A stretch of 17,799 bases of DNA, from contig JANRLD010000017.1 in NCBI GenBank assembly GCA_033762915.1, forward strand, positions 1 through 17,799, written 5' to 3'. Source of the DNA: Meiothermus sp. (GTDB taxonomy: Bacteria > Deinococcota > Deinococci > Deinococcales > Thermaceae). Under the pieces are notes generated by a model. It did no database searches. It worked only from the letters and a program-made list of their open reading frames with translations, and had not been told where the DNA came from. Shown here in pieces: positions 15,817-17,799 of the stretch (the stretch's first letter is position 1; each line of letters begins with the position of its first letter). The position numbers and the translations under genes were made by a program.

Positions 15817-17004
15817 TCAGCTCAGCGCGTCTATCCCAGGCAGGGTGCCCAGTTCCAGCAGCTCCAGGCTGGCCCCACCGCCGGTCGAGACGTGGCTGAA
15901 GTCGTCGGCCATGCCCAGCTTGTTGGCGGCCGCCACCGAGTCACCCCCGCCGATCACCGTGAAGGCATCGCTCAGTTTGGCAATGGCCTCGCCTACCGCC
16001 AGGGTGCCCTTAGCAAAATCATCCACCTCGAACACCCCCATCGGGCCGTTCCAGAGCACGGTCTTGGCCCCCTGGAGTGCGTTCGCAAAGGTGGCCGCGC
16101 TGGCCGGGCCGATGTCCAGGCCCATCCAGTCGGCCTCAATCTGGTCGGCCGGCATAATTTTGGTCGCGGTAGCGGTCTCGATCTTCTGGGCCGCGACCAC
16201 GTCGCTGGGGAGCAGCAGGGTCACCCCGAGTTCGGCGGCCTTATTCAATAGGTCTCGAGCCAGATCCAGCCTGTCGTCCTCGACCAGACTCTTGCCCACG
16301 CTGCCGCCCCGGGCCTTGATAAAGGTGAACGCCATCGCGCCCCCGATCACCATCCCACTCACTTTGGGCAGCAGGTTCTCGATCACCCCGATCTTGTCGG
16401 AAACTTTGGCACCGCCCAGCACCACCCAGTAGGGTTTTTCGGGGTTGTGCAGCACCCTCCCAATGCTCGAGACTTCTCTTTCCATCAGACTGCCCGCGTA
16501 GCTGGGCAGGTATTTGGTGACCCCCGTAACCGAGGCGTGCGCCCGGTGGGCCGACCCAAAGGCGTCCAGAACGAAGGCGTCGCCCAGCCGGGCGAACTTC
16601 TGCGATAGCGCGTCGTCGTTCTTCTCCTCGCCGGCCTCGAACCGAACGTTGTCCATTAGGATCACCGAGCCAGCGGGGGCGGCCTTGACCCGCTCGAGCG
16701 CCGCGTCACTGGCGGGGGTAAGCTCTGCCGAACCGCCCACAAAGGTCACGGGCTTTCCAAGGTGCTTCTCGAGGATCGGGGCCACCGGGGCTAGGCTGCT
16801 GGCATCTTCGTACCCGCCCTTGGGCCGCCCCAGGTGTGAAAAGAGCACCAGCGTAGCGCCTTGCTGGAGCAGGTGGTTCAGGGTTGGAATCGCGGCCGAC
16901 ACCCGGGTTTCGTCCTTTACCTTCCCGTCCTTAATCGGCACGTTGAAGTCTACCCGCACCAGCACCCGCTTCCCGGCGGCGTCGAAGTCCTTGAGCGTTC
17001 GCAT
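15817..17004 (-). CDS. pgk: Phosphoglycerate kinase
   Basis: [49 protein letters not shown] and STGGGASLE motifs. ATG 17004 follows GGAGG (17010-17014). Confidence 0.98.
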   Translation of the reverse strand: MRTLKDFDAAGKRVLVRVDFNVPIKDGKVKDETRVSAAIPTLNHLLQQGATLVLFSHLGRPKGGYEDASSLAPVAPILEKHLGKPVTFVGGSAELTPASDAALERVKAAPAGSVILMDNVRFEAGEEKNDDALSQKFARLGDAFVLDAFGSAHRAHASVTGVTKYLPSYAGSLMEREVSSIGRVLHNPEKPYWVVLGGAKVSDKIGVIENLLPKVSGMVIGGAMAFTFIKARGGSVGKSLVEDDRLDLARDLLNKAAELGVTLLLPSDVVAAQKIETATATKIMPADQIEADWMGLDIGPASAATFANALQGAKTVLWNGPMGVFEVDDFAKGTLAVGEAIAKLSDAFTVIGGGDSVAAANKLGMADDFSHVSTGGGASLELLELGTLPGIDALS

Positions 17005-17014
17005 CCTTACCTCC

Positions 17015-17048
17015 AAAAAGAAACACCCTCCCCCTCAGCGGGGGAGGG
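17015..17048 (-). terminator. Intrinsic terminator between gap and pgk
   Basis: Minus strand CCCTCCCCC-gctga-GGGGGAGGG then TGTTTCTTTTT, ending immediately before the pgk SD. Confidence 0.7.
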
Positions 17049-17130
17049 CATGGGTGGGGGTGGTTCGAAGATCAAACACATTCGCCTTTGGCTCACACCC
17101 CCCCAACCTCCCCCCACGAGAGATGGAGGA
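17024..17130. repeat. Inverted pair of REP-like C-rich/G-rich palindromic units
   Basis: Minus-strand unit ACCCCCACCCATGCCCTCCCCCGCTGAGGGGGAGGG and degenerate plus-strand unit ACCCCCCCAACCTCCCCCCACGAGAGATGGAGGA, about 30 nt apart. Confidence 0.5.
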
Positions 17131-17136
17131 ATACCA

Positions 17137-17799
<663 letters not shown>

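Overview
GC-rich bacterial chromosomal segment, probably Deinococcota (Meiothermus-like). This assignment is inferred from gene style and a strong CTCGAG excess. The left half (1-7870, + strand) is a cluster of predicted surface lipoproteins: the 3' end of a probable paralogue, an S8 subtilase with Ig/PKD-like tail, an FN3x2-Ig-DUF1565/beta-helix protein, an Ig + DNRLRE-like protein and a second DUF1565/beta-helix protein. The right half (8061-17799, - strand) holds gap (partial), pgk, a 116-aa hypothetical, a GH16 with an altered catalytic motif, tpiA, an aldo/keto reductase and a 1308-aa GH13 fused to a Lys/Ala/Pro linker and helix-hairpin-helix tail. Signals not explained by the ORF track: (i) a shared direct-repeat promoter architecture (6-mer, N5, 6-mer, N10, -10 box) in front of both lipoprotein units; (ii) two diverged, oppositely oriented ~113-122 bp TA-bounded MITE-like elements, each starting exactly at a lipoprotein stop codon; (iii) a hidden C-terminal remnant of an FNR-type oxidoreductase between pgk and tpiA; (iv) a REP-like doublet/terminator between gap and pgk; (v) an SD-sequestering hairpin and a CRP/Rex-like box.
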